Part shown: piece after piece, positions 21,986-32,384 of the stretch
Position numbering within the stretch: position 1 is the stretch's first letter
Layout: every line of letters starts with the position of its first letter
Virus record (IMG/VR): IMGVR_UViG_3300044844_000928
Source of the DNA: a virus
Reading direction: 5' to 3' (one strand)
Length of the DNA stretch: 64,000 bases
Made by a program: the position numbers and the translations under genes
Notes under the pieces: model-generated
The model's input: only the letters and a program-made list of their open reading frames with translations
The model's database searches: none
What the model was told of the DNA's origin: nothing

Positions 21986-22291
21986 ATGTACAATTTTGTT
22001 GAAGGAGATACAGCATCAATACTTGAAGTGAAATGTATAGATGCGTTTACTTCATTGCCAATTAATATGACAGGTTCTACGGCAAAACTCAAATGGGTAA
22101 ATAAAGCCAAAGTAACACTTTTAAAAAATATGACTATTACTGATGCAACCAACGGGGTTGCTCAGTACAATTTTGGAGTAGGTGAATTAGAAGCGCCTAC
22201 TATGTCGTTTGATGTTGTGATAACAGACTCAAACAATAAAACTTTGACATGTAGAGAAATTGTACAGGTTAGTGTCAGAAAACGCTTATAG
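21986..22291 (+). CDS. BppU-like baseplate or fibre adaptor domain protein
   Basis: EGDT..INMTGST..ITDATNG..Y.F pattern. Confidence 0.5.
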   Translation: MYNFVEGDTASILEVKCIDAFTSLPINMTGSTAKLKWVNKAKVTLLKNMTITDATNGVAQYNFGVGELEAPTMSFDVVITDSNNKTLTCREIVQVSVRKRL

Positions 22292-22300
22292 GAGGTGAAA

Positions 22301-23008
22301 ATGATTACGCCGTTAATGATGGCAAAATTCAGTGAATTAGCTTACACTGATGACTACAAATTTCCAGATTGGAATACCATATTCTTGGATAAAAACGGCT
22401 CACAAGCTTATTTCCTTTTTAACATTGATACAATTATTGTTGTTTGTAGAGGAACTCAACCTACTAAACTTGAAGATATTATCGCGGATATTAGATTCAG
22501 ATTAGTTCCTAGCAGTTCCGGTATAGGTAAAGTACATCGCGGCTTTAAAGCATCTGTAGATAATATTTGGGATGACTTATCTAAATTATTCCTCAAATAC
22601 CCTAACAGAAAAGTGTATCTTACAGGACATTCGTTAGGCGCGGCTATGGCTACTCTTATTGCTGGTCGTTGCCACAGATTTCCTGATATGCCAAATCCAG
22701 TCCTATATACCTTTGGTTCACCAAGAGTTGGGAATTATACCTATATCAATTTCTTAAACACATTAAATATTGAGCACCATCGTTGGGTTAATAATGCTGA
22801 TATTGTACCTAGAAATCCAATATTCCCATACTATCATCATGGTGAATTAAATTATTTTGATCATAACGGTGACTTAACTGATATGACTGTCTTTCAAATG
22901 GTTAAAGACAAAATCAAAGGAACTATTTTGGGATTAAAGAAAGGAAAGGTCAATTTTTTCGTTAATCATGAAATGAAAAACTACATTAAAAACTTGGAGA
23001 AATTATGA
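22301..23008 (+). CDS. Class 3 lipase (alpha/beta hydrolase)
   Basis: CRGT, VHRGF, GHSLG nucleophile motif, TFGSPRVG, DIVP. Confidence 0.9.
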   Translation: MITPLMMAKFSELAYTDDYKFPDWNTIFLDKNGSQAYFLFNIDTIIVVCRGTQPTKLEDIIADIRFRLVPSSSGIGKVHRGFKASVDNIWDDLSKLFLKYPNRKVYLTGHSLGAAMATLIAGRCHRFPDMPNPVLYTFGSPRVGNYTYINFLNTLNIEHHRWVNNADIVPRNPIFPYYHHGELNYFDHNGDLTDMTVFQMVKDKIKGTILGLKKGKVNFFVNHEMKNYIKNLEKL

Positions 23009-23196
23009 AATTAGTATTATTGGCGGCGCTTACCCTTATGTTAACAGGATGTGCGGCTTTGGTTGAAACGGAAACTTTAATCAGCGCGGCGGTAACGGAT
23101 TACTGTAAAGCACCAGAGTTTGCTAGAATTACTTTGCGTGAAAAAGTAGCAAAAACATTAGAACCAAACTCAATAGAAATTCACTGTAACAAATAA
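23005..23196 (+). CDS. Small lipoprotein (possible o-spanin-like)
   Basis: Signal peptide with LTGC lipobox. Confidence 0.55.
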   Translation: MKLVLLAALTLMLTGCAALVETETLISAAVTDYCKAPEFARITLREKVAKTLEPNSIEIHCNK

Positions 23197-23217
23197 ATCA
23201 TATTGAATTGTTGTGCT

Positions 23218-23253
23218 AACCCTGTCAATCTTAACTGGTTGACAGGGTTTTTT
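23218..23253 (+). terminator. Intrinsic terminator
   Basis: AACCCTGTCAA...TTGACAGGGTT followed by a T tract. Confidence 0.8.
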
Positions 23254-23300
23254 ATTTCACTAAATATAATATACCAAAGCCAACTTCAAATAGGTAAAAT

Positions 23301-24029
23301 ATGATTCGTTCAAGAGAAGAATTAAAACAGTATGCATTAAGAGCATTAGGTGCTCCTGTTATTGAAGTGAATGTGGCAGATGAGCAATTAGAAGATAGAC
23401 TTGATGACGCCATAGCATATTATAACATGTATCATTATGATGGTGTGGAAAGGATGTATCTTAAGCATCTTATCACTAGCACTAATATGACAAACAAATA
23501 TATTCAGTTGCCTGACGACATACGCGGTATAACTAGAGTATTTTCTTTAAATGCAAATTCGTCTAACTCAATTTTGAATTATGAAACGCAGTTCCGTATG
23601 GATATGATTGCGAATTTACACAATTCAAATATTACAGATTACCAAATGACAATGAACCATCTACAAATGTTAGATACCTTATTGTCTGGGCAAAATCAGT
23701 TGAGATTCAATAAAAATAACGGTAAACTATACATCGATATGAATTGGGATAAATTATCACCATTTCATTACATTATTGTTGATTGTTATCAGGCTATAGA
23801 TCCTGAACTAGAAACAAAAATGTATGATGACGTTTGGTTAAAGGCTTATGTGGTTGCCAAATTCAAAATGCAATGGGGTCAAAACCTAAGCAAATACAAC
23901 GGCGTTTCTCTTCCAGGTGGGGTTACTATTGACGGACAATCAATGTATGATACAGCCGTTTCTGAGATTTCCGCATTAGAACAACAAGCGGCTAATGAAT
24001 CTGGCTTATTAGATATGTTTATTGGTTAA
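23301..24029 (+). CDS. 13: Neck protein gp13
   Basis: YALRALGAPVIEVNV..QWGQNLSKY.GV.LPGGVT.DG. Confidence 0.92.
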   Translation: MIRSREELKQYALRALGAPVIEVNVADEQLEDRLDDAIAYYNMYHYDGVERMYLKHLITSTNMTNKYIQLPDDIRGITRVFSLNANSSNSILNYETQFRMDMIANLHNSNITDYQMTMNHLQMLDTLLSGQNQLRFNKNNGKLYIDMNWDKLSPFHYIIVDCYQAIDPELETKMYDDVWLKAYVVAKFKMQWGQNLSKYNGVSLPGGVTIDGQSMYDTAVSEISALEQQAANESGLLDMFIG

Positions 24030-24039
24030 GGATTAAATT

Positions 24040-24696
24040 ATGCCACGCAACCAATATTTTAATTTTGGTAAATCTACATCAGAACAAAACCTTTATGAAA
24101 GTATAATCATAGAAACAATCAATATTTATGGACAGGAAATGTTTTATATTCCTAGAACATTGGTTGGTGTTGATGATATTTTAGGGGAAGATACCTTATC
24201 TCAATTTAACAATTCATACCCTATAGTGACTTATTTTGAGAACATAGACTCGTTCGAAGGACAGGGCGCGTTTATGTCTAAATTTGGTTTAACTATGGAG
24301 CAGTCTGCTACGCTTACCGTAGCAAGAAAAGAATGGTTAGATTTAGTTGGGGCATACGGGACAACTATCCTACCTGAAAGACCAGCTGAAGGAGATTTGC
24401 TGTATTTTCCTTTAACGGGCGGTTTGTTTGAAATTAAATTTGTTGCACATCAAGATCCATTTTATCAAATTGGCAGACTTTATGTGTATAAGCTTACCGT
24501 TGAATTATTCCAGTATTCTTCAGAAAAAATTAATACAGGTGAAGTTGATATTGATGTGTTTGAAACCTTAAAATCATTTGATATTGATATCAATACAGAT
24601 ACTGACGATCAGGATTCATTTGGTGATAATAGCAAATTCCAAACTAAGGCTTCTACAATTAAATTCGACGAAACTAATATTTTTGGGGAATTTTAA
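24040..24696 (+). CDS. 14: Neck/head closure protein gp14
   Basis: EQNLYESIIIE.I..YG..YIPR, RPAEGDLLYFP, PFYQIG. Confidence 0.92.
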   Translation: MPRNQYFNFGKSTSEQNLYESIIIETINIYGQEMFYIPRTLVGVDDILGEDTLSQFNNSYPIVTYFENIDSFEGQGAFMSKFGLTMEQSATLTVARKEWLDLVGAYGTTILPERPAEGDLLYFPLTGGLFEIKFVAHQDPFYQIGRLYVYKLTVELFQYSSEKINTGEVDIDVFETLKSFDIDINTDTDDQDSFGDNSKFQTKASTIKFDETNIFGEF

Positions 24697-25409
24697 TGAC
24701 ACCACATTACGCCGGTATAATCAAAAAGACTATTACAGTTTTCGGTAGCTTGTTTTCTCAATTTCAAATTGAAAGGCTAAATACTGATGGTACAGTCGGA
24801 CAAACTATTAACATACCTATAGCATATTCTAGCAAACAGAAATGGCTTACTAGAATTGAACAAGACCCAAATCTCACGAATCATACGTTAACTACGATGC
24901 CTAGATTTGGGTTTGAAATAACTAATTATTCGTACGATTCAAGTAGAAAGGTTAATTCGATGCAAAAGATAGCATCTAGTGCTACGCCTACTGAAGCGAA
25001 TACACAGTTTTCACCTGTTCCATATAATATTGATATTAACCTTTATCTTCAGACTAAAAATGTTGAAGACGGGTTAATGGTGATGGAACAAATACTGCCA
25101 ATGTTTACTCCGCATTATACAGTTACGATTGATGCTGTTCCAGATATGAATATCATCAATGATGTGCCTTTAGTTTTAAACGGGGTGTCAGTAGAAGATG
25201 ATTATGAATCAGATTTTAGAACAAGACGATCTATAATTCACACATTTTCTTTTACGCTTAAAGTTAATTTATTTGGTGAAATAACAAGATCTAAATTGAT
25301 TAGACATGTAACGGCTAATCTGCCTGATGTAAATGGAAACTATCAAACGGCGGCTACAGTTCCAGGAACATTAACTCAAGACCAATGGACATTTAACTTT
25401 GGGGTGTAA
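24696..25409 (+). CDS. 15: Tail sheath stabiliser/terminator gp15
   Basis: FGSLF..IPIAY..KW..MPRFGFE..PVPYNI..EQILP.F.P. Confidence 0.92.
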   Translation: MTPHYAGIIKKTITVFGSLFSQFQIERLNTDGTVGQTINIPIAYSSKQKWLTRIEQDPNLTNHTLTTMPRFGFEITNYSYDSSRKVNSMQKIASSATPTEANTQFSPVPYNIDINLYLQTKNVEDGLMVMEQILPMFTPHYTVTIDAVPDMNIINDVPLVLNGVSVEDDYESDFRTRRSIIHTFSFTLKVNLFGEITRSKLIRHVTANLPDVNGNYQTAATVPGTLTQDQWTFNFGV

Positions 25410-25422
25410 TACTATTTTTAAG

Positions 25423-25482
25423 CGCTTAACCTCAATTCACGCCCGACTAGGCTATTATAGGCTCATTGGTCTAAAAAGTAAA
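25423..25482 (-). repeat. Class A element, copy 2
   Basis: Identical 37-mer at 25423-25459; -35 box at 25477-25482; 17-nt spacer. Confidence 0.9.
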
Positions 25483-25570
25483 GTTTTATTTTTGAACACA
25501 AGTTAAAAATCATTTTTCACTAAATATTTTTATAACTATAATTTAACAACCAATTCTCTTAGGAGTACAT

Positions 25571-28150
25571 ATGTCATACCAAGTCTCGCCAGGAATTGAA
25601 GTCAATGAAATTGACAACACTTCAACAGTTTCTGGTCTTAATTCAACAGCCGCTGCGCATGTAGGGTTGTTTAACTGGGGACCAGTTCTTCAACCGACTA
25701 CTGTTACTTCAGAACTAAATTTGAAAGAATTATTCTGGAAACCTACAGATTCAAACGCGCAAAGTTGGTTTACAGCTGCTAATTTTTTAGCTTACTCTAA
25801 TAACTTAATTAACATTCGTGCTGATGCTGATGCTCAATACACCTCTGTTAAAATTCCTTCTGTAGATTTAGCCGGTACTGTGCATTTTGTTGCTGGTTCT
25901 ACTGCTGTATTTGGTTTTAATGGTACACAGTTTTCTACATTAACAGTTGGCCAAAATTTAATTGATGCTGACTATAACGTTATCGGTACAGTTGCTTCTA
26001 TTACAAATAACACACAGTTAACTTTAAGTGCTGCTCCAACTACGTCTTCTATTGATTCATTAACAGGTATTGTTACTGCATCTACAGGTTCTGCTGCTGT
26101 AGTTGGTACAGGCACATTGTTCACAACTGAACTTGCGGTTGGGGATATCGTAACTAAATTATCTGCCAGTTCAGCTGGATATGATATTTTAGGAACAATT
26201 CTTTCTATCGCAGATGATACTCATTTAACATTAGCGGCTAACTCTGCTGTTGTTGCTTCAGGTGTTGCGTTCGGTATCGCTTCTACATTAACAGGTACAC
26301 TTACTTCAACAACTGGTTCAACATCTGTTGTTGGTGTTGGTACTAATTTTACAGAAGTATTATCAATTGGTGATATATTAACCACACCAGCTCGTGTAGT
26401 TATCGGAACGATTGCGTCTATCACAGATAATACCAATTTGGCTTTAACTGCTAATGGTTCTATCGCAGTTTCTGGAAGCAAATTTGCCACTGAAGTAAAA
26501 ACCTTTAAAGATAATCGTATCAAAATCAATAACTATGACGATTATGAATCAAACTATATTAACGGCGGTTTGAATATCGGTGAATTTGCTGCTCGTTATC
26601 CAGGCAAATTAGGTAACTCTATTCAAGTCGTTGTTGTTGACTCTAACACTTTCCAATATCAATCTCGTGTTGGAACTGTTACTTCTACAACATCTTCTAA
26701 AACGCTTACCGGTGTTGGTACTTCTTTCTTATCAACTTTAAAAGTTGGTGAAGTTATCCATAAAGCTGATTCAACCCATACAGTTATTGGCACAGTTGCT
26801 TCTATTGAAACTAATACATCTTTGACTTTAGTTAATTTCGGCAAAGTTGCTGTTTCAGGTGTTGCCTTTGAAGTTTCAATTGCAAGTTCTTATACTGGTC
26901 AATTTACTTCAGCTCCTGCTACTTCTTCTTATGCGAAAAGCAAAGGCGTATTAAATGCTAAAGACGAAATCCATATCTTAGTTATCGACAAAGATGGTGC
27001 GTTTACTGGTGTGAAAGGTGCTACCCTTGAAAAGTATTCATTCTTATCTAAAGCATCTGATGCTAAATATGATGATGGTTCTTCAAGCTACTATAAAACT
27101 GTTATCAACAGCGCGTCTGCTTATGTTTACTGGTTGGATATTCCAAGCGCCGTTTCTGGTACAGGTATCGCATGGAACACAGAATTAGCTGATGTGATTG
27201 TTAAAACTCAATCATTCAAATCTTTAACATATCCATTATATGTTGAATTAAGCGGCGGTACTGATGCTGCATCGATTACAGATGGTGAAAAAATTCTTGC
27301 TTTAGATTTGCTTGCAAATAAAGACTTATATAATTTTGCCTTTATCGCTTTAGGAAAAGCTTCTTCAACTGTTGCTAGTCATGCTGTTGCTTTAGCTGAA
27401 ACAAGAAAAGACGTTATCGTATTTATTTCTCCAGAAGATACTATTACCGGTGAATTCATCAAAGGTACTGGTTCTGATGCTATTGATAAATTGCTTGAGT
27501 ATCGTTCAGAATTACCATCGTCTTCATATGGCTTCTTAGATACAGGCGCTAAATATCAATATGACGCTTATAATGATAAACGTCGTTGGATTGCTTTAAA
27601 CGGTGACATTGCTGGTCTTGCTGCTATTACATCTGAACCATGGGTTTCAAATGGCGGCTTTAACAACGGTCAAATTAAAAACGTTATCAAATTAGCAGTT
27701 AATCCTACAAAAGCTGATCGCGATAATTTGTATCCTCAAAATGTTAACCCAGTTGTTACCTTTAAAGGTCAAGGAACTGTATTGTTCGGCGATAAAACTT
27801 TGTTAGACCGCCCAAGCGCGTTTGACCGTATCGGTGTTCGTAGATTGTTTATTTTGTTAGAAAAATCTATCGAAAAATCTGCTCAATATCAATTGTTCGC
27901 TATTAATGATGACACAACAAGAGCACAGTTTAAAAACTTGATCGAACCTTTCTTAAGAGATATTAAAGGTAGACGCGGCATTAACGACTTTAAAGTTGTT
28001 TGTGATGCAACTAACAACACCGCTAATGTTGTTGAAACAAATAATTTCGTTGCCGACATTTTCGTCAAACCTAATTATAGCATCAACTATATCACTCTTA
28101 ACTTCGTTGCAACTCGTCAATCAGTTGCGTTTACTACAGCAGGAGCATAA
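25571..28150 (+). CDS. 18: Tail sheath protein gp18 with an internal repeat insertion
   Basis: SPGIEVNEID, F.WGP, SAFDRIGVRRLF, INYITLNFVATR. Confidence 0.95.
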   Translation: MSYQVSPGIEVNEIDNTSTVSGLNSTAAAHVGLFNWGPVLQPTTVTSELNLKELFWKPTDSNAQSWFTAANFLAYSNNLINIRADADAQYTSVKIPSVDLAGTVHFVAGSTAVFGFNGTQFSTLTVGQNLIDADYNVIGTVASITNNTQLTLSAAPTTSSIDSLTGIVTASTGSAAVVGTGTLFTTELAVGDIVTKLSASSAGYDILGTILSIADDTHLTLAANSAVVASGVAFGIASTLTGTLTSTTGSTSVVGVGTNFTEVLSIGDILTTPARVVIGTIASITDNTNLALTANGSIAVSGSKFATEVKTFKDNRIKINNYDDYESNYINGGLNIGEFAARYPGKLGNSIQVVVVDSNTFQYQSRVGTVTSTTSSKTLTGVGTSFLSTLKVGEVIHKADSTHTVIGTVASIETNTSLTLVNFGKVAVSGVAFEVSIASSYTGQFTSAPATSSYAKSKGVLNAKDEIHILVIDKDGAFTGVKGATLEKYSFLSKASDAKYDDGSSSYYKTVINSASAYVYWLDIPSAVSGTGIAWNTELADVIVKTQSFKSLTYPLYVELSGGTDAASITDGEKILALDLLANKDLYNFAFIALGKASSTVASHAVALAETRKDVIVFISPEDTITGEFIKGTGSDAIDKLLEYRSELPSSSYGFLDTGAKYQYDAYNDKRRWIALNGDIAGLAAITSEPWVSNGGFNNGQIKNVIKLAVNPTKADRDNLYPQNVNPVVTFKGQGTVLFGDKTLLDRPSAFDRIGVRRLFILLEKSIEKSAQYQLFAINDDTTRAQFKNLIEPFLRDIKGRRGINDFKVVCDATNNTANVVETNNFVADIFVKPNYSINYITLNFVATRQSVAFTTAGA

Positions 28151-28153
28151 TAA

Positions 28154-28699
28154 ATGTCTACAACTATCGACAGATTTAAAGCTGCTCTTTCAACAGGCGG
28201 CGCGAGAGCAAATCAATTCAGTGTTATCCTTCCAGGTGACCGTGGATTTGATACCACTAAAGTAGTTTTATTGAAAGCAGCTGCTTTACCAGCATTTGAT
28301 GTTGGTGACGTAGCCGTGCCATTTCGTGGTAAAACTATCCATTTTGCCGGTGAAAAAACTTTTGCGCAATGGACTGCTACCTTTATTAACGATAATGAGT
28401 TCAGTAACCGTAGAGTGTTTGAAGAATGGCACTATGCTATTTCTAACAATGATTCTATCGGCGGTGATTTACGTGGCTATTGGGGAAACATTATAGTTAA
28501 CCAATTAGACAGAAATGCTGATACCATTCTACGTCAATACGTGCTACATAATGCATACCCTAGCAGTGTTAGCGATATTCAGTTAGATTACGGTCAGGGT
28601 GATGCTATCGAAGAATTTACAGTAACATTTACATATGATTACTTTACCTTTGCAGATGGCGATAAACCAGAAGTGTTATCTACAGGTCCTACTGTTTAA
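28154..28699 (+). CDS. 19: Tail tube protein gp19
   Basis: GGARANQF..VPFRG...AGEKTF..W..IEEFTVTF.YDY. Confidence 0.93.
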   Translation: MSTTIDRFKAALSTGGARANQFSVILPGDRGFDTTKVVLLKAAALPAFDVGDVAVPFRGKTIHFAGEKTFAQWTATFINDNEFSNRRVFEEWHYAISNNDSIGGDLRGYWGNIIVNQLDRNADTILRQYVLHNAYPSSVSDIQLDYGQGDAIEEFTVTFTYDYFTFADGDKPEVLSTGPTV

Positions 28700-28726
28700 A
28701 CTTTATTTTTTGGAATAATATAAATT

Positions 28727-30265
28727 ATGGCTGGAATATTCGGATTTACTATCGGTAAAAAAGAAGATAAATCTAAGAAAAAAATTGAATCTATTGTTCC
28801 TCCATCTAATGACGACGGCTCGATCATAAGCGCTTATTCTGCTTATGGTCTAGCCTTAGACTTAGACGGCGTTGTTAAAGACGAAAATCAGTTAATCAGA
28901 CAGTATAGGATTGCTGCTGATTATCCTGATTGTTCATCTGCTATTGATGATATTACGAATGAAGCAATTACGTTTGATGGCATTAAATCTCCAGTTTCTA
29001 TTAATCTGGACGGGGTTAAATACTCTGAAGGAATTAAAAACAAAATTAGAGATGAATTTAATACCATATTAAACATTCTTGACTTCAATAAAAAGGGGTA
29101 TGATTTCTTTAGACAATGGTACATTGATGGAAGAATGTATTTCCATATTGTACTTGATAAAGATAATCTGAAAAATGGGATTGTTGAAGTCCGGTATATC
29201 GACCCAAGAAAAATTCGTAAAATTAAAGAAGTTAAAAAGGTAAAAGACGCATCAGGCAATGATGTTCACGTTGATGGTGATTCTTATTATCTTTACAACG
29301 ATAAAGGGTTTACTTCTACTACAAACCAAGGTATCAAACTCTCAACAGATTCTGTAATTTATGTTAATTCCGGTTTAATTGATTCTAATACTGGGTTGGC
29401 TAAAAGTTATCTGCATAAATGTGTCAAATTGGTCAATCAGCTTAAAATGGCTGAAGACGCAATGATTATCTACCGTTATACCCGCGCACCAGAACGCCGT
29501 GTGTTTTATATTGATGTTGGTTCTTTACCTAAAATTAAGGCTGACCAATATGTTCAAGATACTATGGCGCGGTTTAGAAATAAACTTGTCTACAACTCAA
29601 CGACCGGAGAAATAAGCGAGGATCGCAAATCTCCTTCAATGATTGAAGATTATTGGATGCCGCGTCGTGATGGTTCTAAAGGCACAGAAATTGTTACCCT
29701 TCCAGGTGGACAATCGTTAGGTCAAATTGACGATGTTGTGTTTTTCCAAAATAAACTTTACAAATCTTTGAATGTTCCTGCTTCAAGATTAACTCCAGAA
29801 TCTGGGTTTAATATAGGGCGTTCTTCTGAAATATCAAGAGACGAAGTTAAGTTTGCTAAATTTATTGGTCGATTAAGGCATAAATTTACTGCTCTGTTTA
29901 TTGATTTATTAAGAATCCAAACGATCGGTAAAGGTATTGTCAGTTCTGATGACTGGGAAGAACTTGAACGAATTTTGTATTTTGAGTTCGCGGAAGATAA
30001 CCATTATGCTGAATTAAAAGATAATGAGATTATTCAAGGAAGAATTCAAACTCTACAATTAATTGACCCATATGTAGGTAAATATTACTCTGTTGATTGG
30101 ATACGCAAAAACGTATTACATCAAACTGAAGAAGAAATTAAACAGATAGATAAAGAAAACAAGGAAGATTCAACTTTGCAGGCTAATGCTGAACAGCAAA
30201 CGTCTGACCAATCTACTGAAGATAATACGCAACAAACAACACAGGATACACAAAATGAACAATGA
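28727..30265 (+). CDS. 20: Portal protein gp20
   Basis: YIDPRKI, RAPERRVFYIDVG, EDYWMPRRDG.KGTEI.TLPGG. Confidence 0.97.
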   Translation: MAGIFGFTIGKKEDKSKKKIESIVPPSNDDGSIISAYSAYGLALDLDGVVKDENQLIRQYRIAADYPDCSSAIDDITNEAITFDGIKSPVSINLDGVKYSEGIKNKIRDEFNTILNILDFNKKGYDFFRQWYIDGRMYFHIVLDKDNLKNGIVEVRYIDPRKIRKIKEVKKVKDASGNDVHVDGDSYYLYNDKGFTSTTNQGIKLSTDSVIYVNSGLIDSNTGLAKSYLHKCVKLVNQLKMAEDAMIIYRYTRAPERRVFYIDVGSLPKIKADQYVQDTMARFRNKLVYNSTTGEISEDRKSPSMIEDYWMPRRDGSKGTEIVTLPGGQSLGQIDDVVFFQNKLYKSLNVPASRLTPESGFNIGRSSEISRDEVKFAKFIGRLRHKFTALFIDLLRIQTIGKGIVSSDDWEELERILYFEFAEDNHYAELKDNEIIQGRIQTLQLIDPYVGKYYSVDWIRKNVLHQTEEEIKQIDKENKEDSTLQANAEQQTSDQSTEDNTQQTTQDTQNEQ

Positions 30266-30407
30266 GTTACTAGAAGCCATTGAGCAAGGTAATGTGGATT
30301 TAATCCAAGAAACCTTTAATGCTATTATGGCAGACAAAATTCAAGATAATCTTGAACACCTTAAACAAAATATTGCTAAAAATTTAGTGATTGATACGGA
30401 AGAATAA
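30255..30407 (+). CDS. Small prohead core protein (gp67-like position)
   Basis: Short acidic helical ORF overlapping the end of gp20. Confidence 0.5.
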   Translation: MNNELLEAIEQGNVDLIQETFNAIMADKIQDNLEHLKQNIAKNLVIDTEE

Positions 30408-30409
30408 TC

Positions 30410-30838
30410 ATGGCTGTCACTAAGAGTATCATCAAAGCATCTGAAAAAGAATGCTTTTTGAAAATAGCCGGTAACGCCGGTTCTGCTACTATTAGTTTAG
30501 ACACCGACCTTAAAGTTAGTACAGAAACACTTGCTGCTGTTCCTAGACGTGTGAATGTTGCTGCTCTCCAATGGACTGGGGACACAACTAGCGTTATAAC
30601 AATCGTAAGAAATTCAGTGACTGCGTTTACCCTTAACTGCGGTGCGTCAGGCTTTTTTGATTTTTCTGGTGCTATGGTTCCTCCAGATGATACAGAAAAC
30701 GCATCAAATATGGTTGTAACAATTTCAGGTGGTGAAGCGCAACTTTGGCTTAGATTAAGAAAAGTTGATGGCTACCTATCTAAAATTGAAACTCCATTAT
30801 TTGGTGAATATGACAACACTGATGTGGTGGGATCGTAA
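30410..30838 (+). CDS. Hypothetical head-region protein
   Basis: Lies between the portal and protease genes. Confidence 0.55.
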   Translation: MAVTKSIIKASEKECFLKIAGNAGSATISLDTDLKVSTETLAAVPRRVNVAALQWTGDTTSVITIVRNSVTAFTLNCGASGFFDFSGAMVPPDDTENASNMVVTISGGEAQLWLRLRKVDGYLSKIETPLFGEYDNTDVVGS

Positions 30839-30839
30839 C

Positions 30840-31490
30840 ATGAAATTATTTACTGATTTGTCTGAAAGTGTTTCGTACAGCATTTTAGAAGGTGCTGATA
30901 AGCAAAAAAGTTATTATATTGAGGGTGTTTTTGCTCAAGCCGGCGTAACTAATAGAAACGGAAGAGTTTACGAAGCGGACACTATGAACCGTGAAGTTAA
31001 TAACTTCCAGTCTTTAATTAAAGAAAACCGTTCAACTGGTGAGTTGGGTCATCCCGATACTATGACGGTTAACCCTGATAGAATTTCTCATAAAATTACC
31101 GATTTAAGATTTGAGGGTAAAAATGATGTTTATGGGAAAGCTAAGATTTTAGAATCGATGCCACAAGGAGCTATAGCGGCGGCGCTTTTAAAAGAAGGGA
31201 TTAAGTTAGGTGTTTCAACTCGTGGGATTGGTAGTCTGAAACAGGTTAACGGTGTTAATCAAGTTCAATCGGATTTCTTTTTAAGAACTATTGACATCGT
31301 GTCTGAGCCGTCTGGTATAGATTGTTGGGTTAACGGTATTATGGAAAATGCTGAATGGGTTTTGATTAACGGACATTATCAACCTATGTATGCTGAACAA
31401 ACTAAACAGGCTATTTTATCTGCATCTTCAAAGGATCTTAAACGGGTTTGCGTTGAATCTTTTGAACAATTTCTTAGAAATGTAAAATAG
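30840..31490 (+). CDS. 21: Prohead protease gp21
   Basis: YIEGVF.Q..NRNGR.Y, GELGHP, GVSTRGIGS; start moved to 30840. Confidence 0.95.
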   Translation: MKLFTDLSESVSYSILEGADKQKSYYIEGVFAQAGVTNRNGRVYEADTMNREVNNFQSLIKENRSTGELGHPDTMTVNPDRISHKITDLRFEGKNDVYGKAKILESMPQGAIAAALLKEGIKLGVSTRGIGSLKQVNGVNQVQSDFFLRTIDIVSEPSGIDCWVNGIMENAEWVLINGHYQPMYAEQTKQAILSASSKDLKRVCVESFEQFLRNVK

Positions 31491-31527
31491 CTAAATAATA
31501 AAATAAGAATTTAATTAGGGGAAATTG

Positions 31528-32349
31528 ATGTCAATCAAAGAAAAATTATACGAATCAATGGTTAATGATGCGTCATTAACTGATGGTTCTATTGACGGTT
31601 TACTAGAAGGATTCGATGATGAAGCCAAAGGTAAATTAGTTGAGGCATTTGAGAATGCTGTTGCTCTACGTGCTAAGTCAGAAATACAAGTTATTGAAGA
31701 AATGTATGAATCAAAATTCAATAAGTTGGAAGAATCTTATGAAGTTAAATTTGACGAATTATCTGATGTATATGAAGACAAATTTAATGAATATACAGAG
31801 TCTTTAGATGAAAGCATCGATGGTTATTTGGGTTATGTTTCTGAACAGTTCATTAAACAAAACGCTTTAGCTATCGACACTGGATTAAAAACCGAAATTG
31901 TTGAAGGATTCATTGGCGGCTTAAAAGGTTTATTCGAATCTTCTTATATCGAAATTCCTGAGTCAAAAATTGATGTTGTTTCTGAACAAGCACAACAAAT
32001 TGAAACCTTACAATCTAAATTAAAAGAAGCTGTTGATACTTCTATTCAATATAAATATAAATTAGAAGAATCTGCTCGTTCTTTAATCGTTGAAGAATTC
32101 ACTTCTAAACTCGTAGATACTGATGCTGAACGTTTCCGTGAACTTGCTGAAGAATTATCTTATTCTAGTGAAGCGGCTTACCGTTCAAAATTGAATACAA
32201 TCAATGAGCATTATTTCAGCAAACCGAGTTCAACAAAACCTTCTGTATCTTTTATTACTGATGCTCCAGTTGAACAGCTAAACGAAAGCTACAACTCAAA
32301 CCCATCTATCAATAAATATGTTGCGGCAATTGACCGTCACGTTAAATAA
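31528..32349 (+). CDS. 22: Prohead scaffold protein gp22
   Basis: Acidic coiled coil; GLKTEIVE.F..GLK.LF.E.YI.IP. Confidence 0.9.
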   Translation: MSIKEKLYESMVNDASLTDGSIDGLLEGFDDEAKGKLVEAFENAVALRAKSEIQVIEEMYESKFNKLEESYEVKFDELSDVYEDKFNEYTESLDESIDGYLGYVSEQFIKQNALAIDTGLKTEIVEGFIGGLKGLFESSYIEIPESKIDVVSEQAQQIETLQSKLKEAVDTSIQYKYKLEESARSLIVEEFTSKLVDTDAERFRELAEELSYSSEAAYRSKLNTINEHYFSKPSSTKPSVSFITDAPVEQLNESYNSNPSINKYVAAIDRHVK

Positions 32350-32384
32350 TTTTTGCTTCATCTATTATAAGGAAATTTTTAAAA

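Noticed and set aside
455-30585. Many short minus-strand ORFs within structural genes
   Set aside because: They are shadow ORFs produced by the codon bias of the long plus-strand genes.
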